From: an uncultured Chloroflexia bacterium
Lineage (GTDB): Bacteria; Chloroflexota; Limnocylindria; Limnocylindrales; CSP1-4
NCBI GenBank assembly: GCA_963719145.1
Contig: CAVRAX010000001.1
Span: 263,708 to 327,707 of the forward strand
Direction of reading: 5' to 3'
DNA length: 64,000 nucleotides
The notes beneath the pieces are model-generated. The model made no database searches and was not told where the DNA came from. It saw only the letters and a list, made by a program, of their open reading frames with translations. Shown piece after piece: positions 56,291 to 64,000 of this stretch. Positions within the stretch are counted from its first letter, which is position 1, and every line of letters begins with the position of its first letter. A program made the translations under genes and the position numbers.

Positions 56291-56527
56291 GAGGGGCCGA
56301 CCCGAGGCGGCTTGGGCCGGACGCTCCGCGCGGGCCGGAGAGGGCGGCCTACCGGCGCTCGACCGCTAGCCGCAGCCCGAGGGCGACGAGGACCGCCCCG
56401 GTCAGGGTGTCGAACGCTCGGCGGATGCGGGGTCAACGCACGGCGTCGCCCGCCCGGGCGATGACGGCCGCGAACGCGACGGGCTCGCGCGACGCCGGGG
56501 ACCCGGCAAGCAGCCCTATGCGTCGAC

Positions 56528-58204
56528 TCAGGCGAACGGGATCTCTGCCACGAGCAGCGTTCCCTGGCCTGGCGCGCTGTCCACCCTCAGTCGCCCGCCA
56601 AGGGCGTTGACGCGGTCATGCAGCCCGCGGATGCCAGTGCCCTGGCTCTCGTCGGCGCCGCCGATCCCGTCATCGCCCACCGCCACGCGCAGGGTCGTGC
56701 CGTGGCACTCGGCACCGATCGTGACCCCGCTGGCGGACGCGTACTTGGCAATGTTCGCCAGCGCCTCCGAGACGATGAAGTAGGCCGTCGCCTCGACCGC
56801 CGGCGGGAGACCGCGATCCGGGAGTGACGTCACGACGGCGGGGACCGCCGAGCGATCGGCGAGGCTGGTGATCGCCGCACTGAGCCCGGCTTCCGTCAGG
56901 ATCGCCGGGTGGATGCCGCGAGCCAGCTCACGTAGTTCATGGACCGCGGTCCGCAGCTCGGCGCTTGCGGCATCCGCGGCGGCGATCACCTCGTCGTTCG
57001 ATGCGCCCGGGCCGGCGAGTCGGTTCCGCAGCATTCGCAGCAGCAGCGACAGGGAGACCAGCCGCTGCTGCGCCCCGTCGTGAAGGTCCCGCTCGAGCTT
57101 GCGGCGGGCGGCGTCGGTCGCCTCGACGATCCTCACCCTGGAGCGCCGGACCTCCTCTTCGATGGCCCGCTGGACCGTGAAGTCGCGGATGATCGCAGTG
57201 ACCTCGTCTCGTCCGCTCGGCGCGACCCGAACCTCGAGGTTGCGCCGGCCGTCGGTCAGCTCGGGCGAGAAGTCGAAGGCCTGGAGCTCGCCGGTGTCGA
57301 GCGCTTGACGGGCTGCCTCCAGCGCCGGCTGACGCGCGTCCGCGAAGATCACCGCGTGGAGCCGTCGGCCGCTGAAGCCGCCCGGGAACTTCGCCCGGCT
57401 CCCGGGATCGGCGTCGTCAGTGCCGACGAACGTCCCGTCGCGCGTGAATTGGATCATCTGGTCCGGGATCGCGTCGAGGAGGGCCGCCAGGCGCAGCTCG
57501 CTCTGCCGGTAGAACCCGACCAGGAGGGCGACCGGGATGGCGGCTGGGGCGAGGTTGAAGACCGCCACGAGGATCGCCCCAACGTCGTCGGGGACGCCGA
57601 TCAGCCGGCGCAGGATGTTGATGGTGATGAACGTGACGTAGACGGCCCCGGCGACGAGGACCGGCAGGAGCTCGCGGCGTGACGTCGCCGGGGCGATGAG
57701 CCAGCGCCGGACGACCACGGCGGCGATGATGATCGCCAGCGACAGCGCGCCGTAGAGGCCATTGTTGCCCTCGTTGATGACCAGCGGAACGGGGATCGCG
57801 TACAGCACCGTGAGGGCCGTCGCCCCGACGGCCAGGACCGCGACCGCGACGCGATCGACGCGTGTCTCGAGGCGGCCGCCCGGGTAGGCCAGCACGAGTG
57901 CGACGAGGATTATTGAAGAGGTGTCCTGGAGCGCCAGCGCGAGCTCGTCGACGATCGGCAGCCCGGATTCAATCAGGTTCGGGATGAACCACGTGAGCCC
58001 GACCGAGGTCATGAGCGGCCCCGTCCGGTTCGCCGGATCGTGGCTCCAGATCGCGAGGCCGCCGTAGACGTACGTCAGGCCGATCGCGAGCTCGAGCAGG
58101 GCCGACTCCGGGGTCCACCCGGCGCCGAGCGCGATCCCCGTCGCGAGCACCCCGATGACGGTGCCGATGACGCCGATGACGAGACGGATGGACCGACCGC
58201 TCAC
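56528..58204 (-). CDS. Sensor histidine kinase (HisKA_3 / NarL-partner type)
   Basis: Likely GTG start at 58202-58204 (VSGRSIRLVIGVIG...); ~8 TM helices, a PAS/GAF-like linker, H-box LERDLHDGAQQRLVSLSLLL, HATPase_c. The upstream part of track ORF 56528..58633 is antisense to the REC gene. Confidence 0.8.
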   Translation of the reverse strand: MSGRSIRLVIGVIGTVIGVLATGIALGAGWTPESALLELAIGLTYVYGGLAIWSHDPANRTGPLMTSVGLTWFIPNLIESGLPIVDELALALQDTSSIILVALVLAYPGGRLETRVDRVAVAVLAVGATALTVLYAIPVPLVINEGNNGLYGALSLAIIIAAVVVRRWLIAPATSRRELLPVLVAGAVYVTFITINILRRLIGVPDDVGAILVAVFNLAPAAIPVALLVGFYRQSELRLAALLDAIPDQMIQFTRDGTFVGTDDADPGSRAKFPGGFSGRRLHAVIFADARQPALEAARQALDTGELQAFDFSPELTDGRRNLEVRVAPSGRDEVTAIIRDFTVQRAIEEEVRRSRVRIVEATDAARRKLERDLHDGAQQRLVSLSLLLRMLRNRLAGPGASNDEVIAAADAASAELRTAVHELRELARGIHPAILTEAGLSAAITSLADRSAVPAVVTSLPDRGLPPAVEATAYFIVSEALANIAKYASASGVTIGAECHGTTLRVAVGDDGIGGADESQGTGIRGLHDRVNALGGRLRVDSAPGQGTLLVAEIPFA

Positions 58205-58301
58205 GAGGCCACTTTGCCACACCGAACCGGGCCAGAGGGCCCCGCCACGGTTAGGGCTAGCCCCGTGGGCGGCGCGGGGGAGGTCGTGCGAGGATGCATC
58301 C

Positions 58302-58667
58302 ATGACCACGATCCTGATCATCGACGACAACGTCGACTTCCGGGCCCAGGCCCGCGCGCTGCTCGAGGCCGACGGCTTCTCCGTCGTCGGCGAGTCCGGC
58401 GACGGCGCCTCCGGCCTGGCGGCCGCGCGGGAGATCCGACCGGACCTCGTCCTCCTCGACATCGGCCTGCCCGACGTCGAGGGCTTCGAGGTGGCCCGGG
58501 CACTTGCTGGCGACGACCCTGCCCCACGCGTCGTGCTGACCTCGAGCCGCGAGGCGAGCGAGTACGGCCACCGGATCGCCGAGAGCCGGGTCCTCGGGTT
58601 CATTCCCAAGGAGGAGCTGTCGGGCGAGGCCATCCGGGCGCTCGCTCCGGCCGCCTCGCCCGGCTAG
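58302..58667 (+). CDS. Single-domain (REC-only) response regulator
   Basis: ATG at 58302: MTTILIIDDNVDFRAQARALLEADGFSVVGESGDG...DLVLLDIGLPDVEGFEV; 121 aa, no output domain. Confidence 0.8.
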   Translation: MTTILIIDDNVDFRAQARALLEADGFSVVGESGDGASGLAAAREIRPDLVLLDIGLPDVEGFEVARALAGDDPAPRVVLTSSREASEYGHRIAESRVLGFIPKEELSGEAIRALAPAASPG

Positions 58668-58756
58668 CCAGCACATCCGATCCGGTCACCGACCCGCGGG
58701 TGGACGCGGCCCTGGCCCTCGCGAGCGCTTCGAAGACCGTGAGGCGGCTCACTCCT

Positions 58757-58813
58757 GCGCCGCTGAACGGGCGCGGCGCCGCTGAACGAGCGCGGCGCCG
58801 CTGAACCGGCGCC
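58757..58813. repeat. Three tandem 19-bp direct repeats (GCGCCGCTGAACGRGCGCG) upstream of the P-type ATPase gene
   Basis: Consecutive units at 58757, 58776 and 58795; each unit is itself partly palindromic (GCGCC...GGCGC). Confidence 0.6.
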
Positions 58814-58938
58814 GCGCCGCGAGCGCCGCGCCGGCCTCCCTCGAGACAGGGCAAGCCCCAACCCGGAACTCGTGACGGCCCCATTGGCGCGGCGGCGCTC
58901 ACGGTTGATGGTGGGTTGGCAGCCGGATCATCCGCCAG

Positions 58939-61569
58939 GTGCCTCCGGTCCGCGAACCGGAGGACGACGTGCCCGGAACCGACGCCGCCACGCGACCACT
59001 CGCCTGCCCCGGACCGGGGCGGGACGGCGTGGCGACTGCAGCCCGGGAGGCCTGGATCGCGACCGACCCCGCTCGGGGCCTCAGTGCCGCCGACGTCGAG
59101 ACCCGCCGGTCCGCCGGTCTCGCGAACGACTTCCGGAGCCCGACCAGTCGGACGTACTGGGAGATCTTCCGCGACAACAGCTACCCGCTCATCAACGGCC
59201 CGCTGCTGGCGGTCACCGCAGCGCTCGTCGCCCTGGGCGCCTACCCCGAGGCCCTGATCACCGGCCTCCCGATCATCGGCAACATCGCCATCGGCGTCAT
59301 CCAGGGCTCGCGGGCGAAGCAGCAGCTCGACCGCGTGGCCGTGCTCACACGGGCCGGGACCCGGGTCGTCCGCGATGGCGAGGAGGCCGAGGTCGCGCGC
59401 GAGAACGTCGTCGTCGGCGACATCGTGATCGCCCACCGCGGCGACGAGATCCAGGTCGACGGCCGAATCGTGGGGTCGGACCGGTCGGCGGTCGACGAGT
59501 CGGCCCTCACGGGCGAGCCCGACGCGATCGAGAAGGCCGGCGACGATCCCGTGCTCTCGGGGAGCGTGGTCGTCCGCGGCACCGCGCGTTACGTCGTCGA
59601 GGCCGTCGGTGCCGAGACATTCGCGAACCGGATCCTCGCCCAGGCCAGGGGTCGGCGTGACACCGAGACCCCCCTCCAGGCCGATGTCCGACGGGCCTTC
59701 GTCGCGGTCGCCGGGCTGATCGCCGCGTCCTCGCTGATCGTCGCGGCAACCCTCGGCCTGGGCCACGGGATCGTCGCCGTGGAGCGCGACGCGGTCTTCG
59801 CCGCGGCGGTCCTGGTGACGCTCGTGCCGCAGGGCCTGGCCCTGATGCTGACCGTGACCTACACCGCGGCCGCGGTCCGGATCTCCAGGCTCGGGGCCCT
59901 CGCCCAGCGCCAGAGCGCCATCGAGGCGATGAGCCGCATCGACACCTTCTGCACTGACAAGACCGGGACGCTGACGACGCAGCGGATCCGGTTCGGCTCG
60001 ATCGAGCCGGTCGGCCCAGCGCCGCTTCCGATAGCGATTCGAGAGCTGCTCGCGGCCGCGGCCGCCGGGGCGAGCGCCCCGAACCCCACGACGCTCGCCC
60101 TCCGGGAAGCCCTGCCGGGAATGCCCCTCGCCGTTCGCGACGAGGTTCCGTTCTCGTCGACGCTGCGCTGGTCGGCCGTCCGCTTCGAGGTCGACACGGC
60201 GACCCATCCGGCCGCGGGCGGAACGTTCGTCATGGGCGCGCCGGAGGTGCTTGCGCCGGCCCTCATCGACGGCGGCACGGAGGTGGGGCGCCGCGCCCAG
60301 GGGCTGGCCCGGAACGGCGATCGGGTGCTCCTGTTCGCCCGTGGTTCGGCCGACGCGTCGCTCGACGCCGGCGGCAGGGCCGCCATCCCGGGGCCCCTCG
60401 AGGCGCTCGCCCTGTTGACCTTTCGTGAGGAGCTTCGTCCCGAAGCGGGCGCGACGATCGAGGGCCTGCGGGCCCGGGGCATCGACGTCAAGATCGTGTC
60501 GGGGGACGATCCGACGACCGTCGCCGCCATCGGGCGACGCCTCGGGCTCGACGGCGGGGCGGTCGCCTCAGGTCGCGACCTCACGGCCCTCGATGATGCC
60601 CGCCTGGCCGAGGTCGCGGAGCGGACGACGATCTTCGGACGGGTCGATCCGGAGCTCAAGGCCCGGCTGGTCGGGGCCCTCAAGGCCCGCGGGCGCTACG
60701 TCGCGATGACGGGCGACGGCGTCAACGACATCCTGCCCGTGCGGACGGCGAACGTCGGTGTGGCGATGCGCAGCGGCAGCCCGGCCACACGCGGCGTGGC
60801 CGACCTCGTCCTCGTCAAGGACGACTTCTCGATCGTGCCCGAGGCGATCCGTGACGGCCAGCGGATCGTGGCCGCGATGGCGGCGACGCTGACCATCCTG
60901 CTGGCCCGGACCTTCTACGTCCTCGCCATCATCGTCGGCGCGGCGCTCCTGGGGCTGCCGTTCCCGCTCACGCCTCGCGAGAACTCGATCCTGGCCCTGG
61001 TGACCGTCGGCGTCCCCGTCCTCGTATTCGCGGCCTGGGTCGAGCCCCGTCAGTCGCGCCCGCGGTTGCTCGGCCTGACGCTCCGGACGTCGATCCCCCT
61101 GGCGGTCGGCGTGGTCGCCGTGGGCCTCCCGCTCTATGCCGCCGCCGTCGCCGCCGGTGCGACACCGGCAATGGCGCGGACGATCCTGACCACCGTCACC
61201 AGCTTCCTCGGCATCGGCGCGCTGGCCCTGATCCCGACCGCCGCTGGCAGAATCCGGGGGCTGCGGCTCCCGCCGGCCGTCCGGAGCGCCGCGCTCGTGG
61301 CCGGCCTGGTCACCGGCTACCTGGCGGTCCTCGCGAGCGAACCAGGGCGCGCATTCTTCGAGCTGGAGGCCCTGCCGACTGACCTGGTCATGGCGATCTC
61401 GGCGGTCTCGGCGGGCTGGACGGCGATCGTCCTCGTCCTCCACCGCCTGGGAACGGTCCAGCCGGCAATCGATACGCTGGCCGCCCGAGCCCGCCCGGCA
61501 GCCCGCTTCCCCCGGGCACTCGGCCGGTTGGGGCCCGCTGGCCAGGTCTCCGTGGGCGACGCCGGCTGA
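58939..61569 (+). CDS. Cation-transporting P-type ATPase (P2-like; specificity unknown)
   Basis: Cation_ATPase_N (GLSAADVETRRSAGLANDF); phosphorylation site CTDKTGTLT; TM4 VPQGL; hinge MTGDGVNDILPV; 876 aa. Confidence 0.85.
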   Translation: MPPVREPEDDVPGTDAATRPLACPGPGRDGVATAAREAWIATDPARGLSAADVETRRSAGLANDFRSPTSRTYWEIFRDNSYPLINGPLLAVTAALVALGAYPEALITGLPIIGNIAIGVIQGSRAKQQLDRVAVLTRAGTRVVRDGEEAEVARENVVVGDIVIAHRGDEIQVDGRIVGSDRSAVDESALTGEPDAIEKAGDDPVLSGSVVVRGTARYVVEAVGAETFANRILAQARGRRDTETPLQADVRRAFVAVAGLIAASSLIVAATLGLGHGIVAVERDAVFAAAVLVTLVPQGLALMLTVTYTAAAVRISRLGALAQRQSAIEAMSRIDTFCTDKTGTLTTQRIRFGSIEPVGPAPLPIAIRELLAAAAAGASAPNPTTLALREALPGMPLAVRDEVPFSSTLRWSAVRFEVDTATHPAAGGTFVMGAPEVLAPALIDGGTEVGRRAQGLARNGDRVLLFARGSADASLDAGGRAAIPGPLEALALLTFREELRPEAGATIEGLRARGIDVKIVSGDDPTTVAAIGRRLGLDGGAVASGRDLTALDDARLAEVAERTTIFGRVDPELKARLVGALKARGRYVAMTGDGVNDILPVRTANVGVAMRSGSPATRGVADLVLVKDDFSIVPEAIRDGQRIVAAMAATLTILLARTFYVLAIIVGAALLGLPFPLTPRENSILALVTVGVPVLVFAAWVEPRQSRPRLLGLTLRTSIPLAVGVVAVGLPLYAAAVAAGATPAMARTILTTVTSFLGIGALALIPTAAGRIRGLRLPPAVRSAALVAGLVTGYLAVLASEPGRAFFELEALPTDLVMAISAVSAGWTAIVLVLHRLGTVQPAIDTLAARARPAARFPRALGRLGPAGQVSVGDAG

Positions 61570-61715
61570 GCCGGACGCCGTCGATCTCGCACCCGCGGAG
61601 CCCGCCCGGACGACATGGTCCGGCGCCGACCCCGGCGACACCCGGAGCCTGAGACGGTCATCGCGCAGATCGGCGCACTCGCTCCGTGTCTCGGGGAGCA
61701 CGTCATCCCGCCGGC

Positions 61716-63572
61716 TCAGTCGCCGCTGATCTCGACCTCTCGCCAGGCGACCCAGGACGGGCTCTGGGTCGTGACGATGCGAACGATTCGAACCCCTGCC
61801 TCGGGCGTCGCGGGAGCGTAGAGGAGCTCCTGGCGGTCGTCCGTGGGGCCATCGAAGGTATGGACGAGCCGGAGGCTCGACTCGGACTCCCCGACCCAGA
61901 CCTGGTGGACGGTCCGGCCGGCCGGGTATTGGGAGGTGACGAGCCGGATCCGGGTGACGTCGGTCGGTTGACCGAGATCGACCTGGATCCACTGCTCCGC
62001 ATCAGTCCCCGCGCTCCAGATCGTTTCGTCGTCGCCGTCGAGCGCGTTTGACGGGGGGCTGTCGGGCAGCGATTGGGAGGCCGTGGCCGTCAACGCTCCA
62101 GGCGGGCTCGGCACGGGCGTCGCCGCTTCGGTCGGGCTGGACGCATTCGGGCCCGAGGCCGTCGGACACAGCGACTCGGACCCCGGCGCGCAGAACTCGA
62201 CCCGGCCGCCGATCAGCGTCTCGAGCGTCTCGATCTCGTTGATCTGCCCCGGGCCGACGCCGAGCGGATCGGCGGACAGGACCACGAGGTCGGCCAGCTT
62301 CCCGGTGGTGAGGCTCCCCTTGGTGTCCTCCTCGACGGCCGCTCGCGCCGCGTTCACCGTGATCGAGCGCAAGGCGTCCTCGACGCCGATGGCCTGGTCG
62401 AGCAGCTCGGCCGGGGACGTCCGCCCGAGGTTGCCCACCCGGGTGACGGCCTGGTAGACGAGGTGCATCGGGGAGCCGAACGGGTCGCCGGACGGCTCGT
62501 CGACGTAGAAGCTCGGGAATGCCGACATGCCGGCCGCCGGGATCCCGGCCTCGAAGACACTCCGCCACGGGGTGTATGAGCCCGGCGGCTCACTGGCGAT
62601 GAGCTCGTCGACGTCGGAGAGCCCGACCAGCTGGCCCGGGTTGTTGAGGTTGATGACCGGCAGCAGCCCCAGCGACTCGATGTCGGCGATCTGGTCGGGC
62701 GCCGCGAAGAGCAGGTGCTCGAGCCGGCCGCGGGCGGTGGCCAGGCCCGGATCGACGGCGTCGATGGCCTTGAACGCGGTGAGGATCATCGCCAGCGACC
62801 TCGTGCTGACCGTCTTGACCGCCAGGGGCCAGCCCTTCTGATGCTGCTGCAGCAGGAAGGCATTCAGGTCGTCCTGCGTCCAGAGGAGGATCTTGGCGTT
62901 GTCGAAGTCGGTGAAGACCTTCAGCCCGGCCACGCGGACGTGCGGGCTCAGCATCTGGCCCGGCGTGTAGGCGTCGAAGTAGTCGCCGAGGAGGCGGCCC
63001 TCGGCGCTGTTCTCCTGGACCGGCAGATAGGCGTTCACCCGCAGCCGGAGGACACCGGCATCGTCGAGGCTGCGAAGCTGGTCGAGCCGGCCCTCGTCGA
63101 CGTACAGCTCGTCGATCGTCGTCCAGCCCTGGGCGATCGCGGCATCGATGAGCGGTCCGGGCGAGTCGAGGCCGAGGGCGGCCGGGCCATCGCCGATGCG
63201 ATGCTGGTGGGCGTCGATGAAGCCCGGCGTGATCGTGCGCCCGGCGAGGCCCACAACCGTGGTGGCCGGACCCTGGTAGCCGCTGATGTCCTCGCTCGTG
63301 CCGACGGCCAGGATCGTCGACCCGCGAATGGCGACGGCCTGTGCCCGCGGGTTGTCGTCATCCATCGTGATCACGTTCGCGTCGTCGAAGATCACGTCGG
63401 CGACCTGGCCGGCCCGCGAGGTCGACCCCGGCGGGTTGCTCGCCCCGGGGCTGGCCGCCGTCGGCGAGGTCGCCTGGATGGAGCATCCGGCGAGCAGCAA
63501 CGCGAGGGCGACTTTGCCGCCCTGCCCGGCCGTCCTGGCGCGGTGGGTCCCAACCCACGCGACGTTCCGCAT
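61716..63572 (-). CDS. Lipoprotein amidohydrolase (Amidohydro_3-like) with C-terminal F5/8 type C (discoidin) domain
   Basis: Start at MRNVAWVG (ATG rc at 63570-63572); lipobox ALALLLAGCS; metal-dependent hydrolase motifs (GFIDAHQH, VNAARAAVEEDTKGSLTTGKLADLVVL); C-terminal DGDDETIWSAG...WIQVDLG. Confidence 0.7.
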   Translation of the reverse strand: MRNVAWVGTHRARTAGQGGKVALALLLAGCSIQATSPTAASPGASNPPGSTSRAGQVADVIFDDANVITMDDDNPRAQAVAIRGSTILAVGTSEDISGYQGPATTVVGLAGRTITPGFIDAHQHRIGDGPAALGLDSPGPLIDAAIAQGWTTIDELYVDEGRLDQLRSLDDAGVLRLRVNAYLPVQENSAEGRLLGDYFDAYTPGQMLSPHVRVAGLKVFTDFDNAKILLWTQDDLNAFLLQQHQKGWPLAVKTVSTRSLAMILTAFKAIDAVDPGLATARGRLEHLLFAAPDQIADIESLGLLPVINLNNPGQLVGLSDVDELIASEPPGSYTPWRSVFEAGIPAAGMSAFPSFYVDEPSGDPFGSPMHLVYQAVTRVGNLGRTSPAELLDQAIGVEDALRSITVNAARAAVEEDTKGSLTTGKLADLVVLSADPLGVGPGQINEIETLETLIGGRVEFCAPGSESLCPTASGPNASSPTEAATPVPSPPGALTATASQSLPDSPPSNALDGDDETIWSAGTDAEQWIQVDLGQPTDVTRIRLVTSQYPAGRTVHQVWVGESESSLRLVHTFDGPTDDRQELLYAPATPEAGVRIVRIVTTQSPSWVAWREVEISGD

Positions 63573-63841
63573 CCCTGTGAATTCTAGGTCCCCGGGACGT
63601 GGGGACGGCGCCGCACTGGCCCGGAGCATCACGCGATCGTCGGCGCCCGGCGGGCTCGTCCGGCGGGGGCGGTCTCGACTCGCCGGGCGCGGGCGACAGC
63701 GGGAAGGTCGGCAACCGGCACGATGCCGCCGGTGTTCAGTTGGCGTGGGCACCCGCCGGGGTTCGAGATCGGCGCCGCCCGGCGAGGATCGGGTCGGCCG
63801 AGGGCCCTCGTGGGCATCGAGCGACTCGGTCCGGGCGAGTA

Positions 63842-64000
63842 TGCAGGGCAACCGCTCGCGCGACACTCGCCCGGAGCTGGCGATCCGCTCTGCGCTGCAC
63901 CGGCTCGGCCGACGGTTCAGGGTCAACGTCCGCCCCGACTCGACGGTTCCTCGCAGCGCCGACGTCGTCCTCCGGGGAGCCCGGCTGGCCGTCTTCGTCG
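63842..64000 (+). CDS. vsr: Very-short-patch-repair endonuclease Vsr (5' part; continues beyond window end)
   Basis: MQGNRSRDTRPELAIRSALHRLGRRFRVNVRPDSTVPRSADVVLRGARLAVFV, a Vsr N-terminal signature (...TKPE...R..L...G.RFR....LPG.PD.V......VFVDG). Confidence 0.6.

Noticed and set aside
58668-58938. Mobile element or integrase search around the vsr, ATPase and amidohydrolase region
   Set aside because: No transposase, integrase or recombinase ORFs and no terminal inverted repeats were recognised anywhere in the window.

Overview
High-GC (~70%) bacterial chromosomal segment, most likely Actinomycetota-like (it carries an HspR/HAIR heat-shock unit, a CsoR repressor and a MidA/NDUFAF7-family gene). 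Most genes lie on the minus strand in operons. Positions 1-14.5 kb hold a complex I (nuo) operon with a non-canonical layout, nuoA-B-C-D-H-[I(N-half)::E']-F-[G'(2Fe-2S)::GltD-like::G'(4Fe-4S)::I(C-half)]-J-K-L-M-N. Canonical nuoE and nuoG are absent. nuoI is split into two halves that are fused in-frame to a truncated NuoE-like domain and to a NuoG-Fe/S plus GltD-like NAD(P)H flavoprotein module. nuoL carries a +1 frameshift in a homopolymer. A MidA/NDUFAF7-like methyltransferase gene sits immediately upstream of the operon. Downstream genes, in order: folK; an S51 peptidase; glpX; purH; small membrane, cupin and Nudix genes; a heat-shock cluster hsp20-hspR-lon-dnaJ(cbpA-like)-clpB with a HAIR-like operator; two trkA genes, usp and an APC (KimA-like) transporter; a metallophosphoesterase; rsmG; csoR with a palindromic operator; hpt; livJ-H-M-G-F; a GNAT acetyltransferase; an NYN-domain protein with RG-rich and KRRTTRK repeats; holB; acyP. 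Further on: a 12-copy 16-bp tandem repeat, an SDR, a three-gene cluster ending in an acyl-ACP thioesterase, an FtsX/ABC pair, a histidine kinase with a REC-only regulator, a P-type ATPase, an amidohydrolase and a partial vsr. A ~90-bp dispersed repeat occurs three times, each in the leader of a minus-strand gene (nuoD/nuoH junction, glpX, dnaJ). No rRNA, tRNA, CRISPR array, integrase or transposase was recognised. Many long ORFs in the six-frame track are antisense or wrong-frame high-GC artefacts and were rejected.
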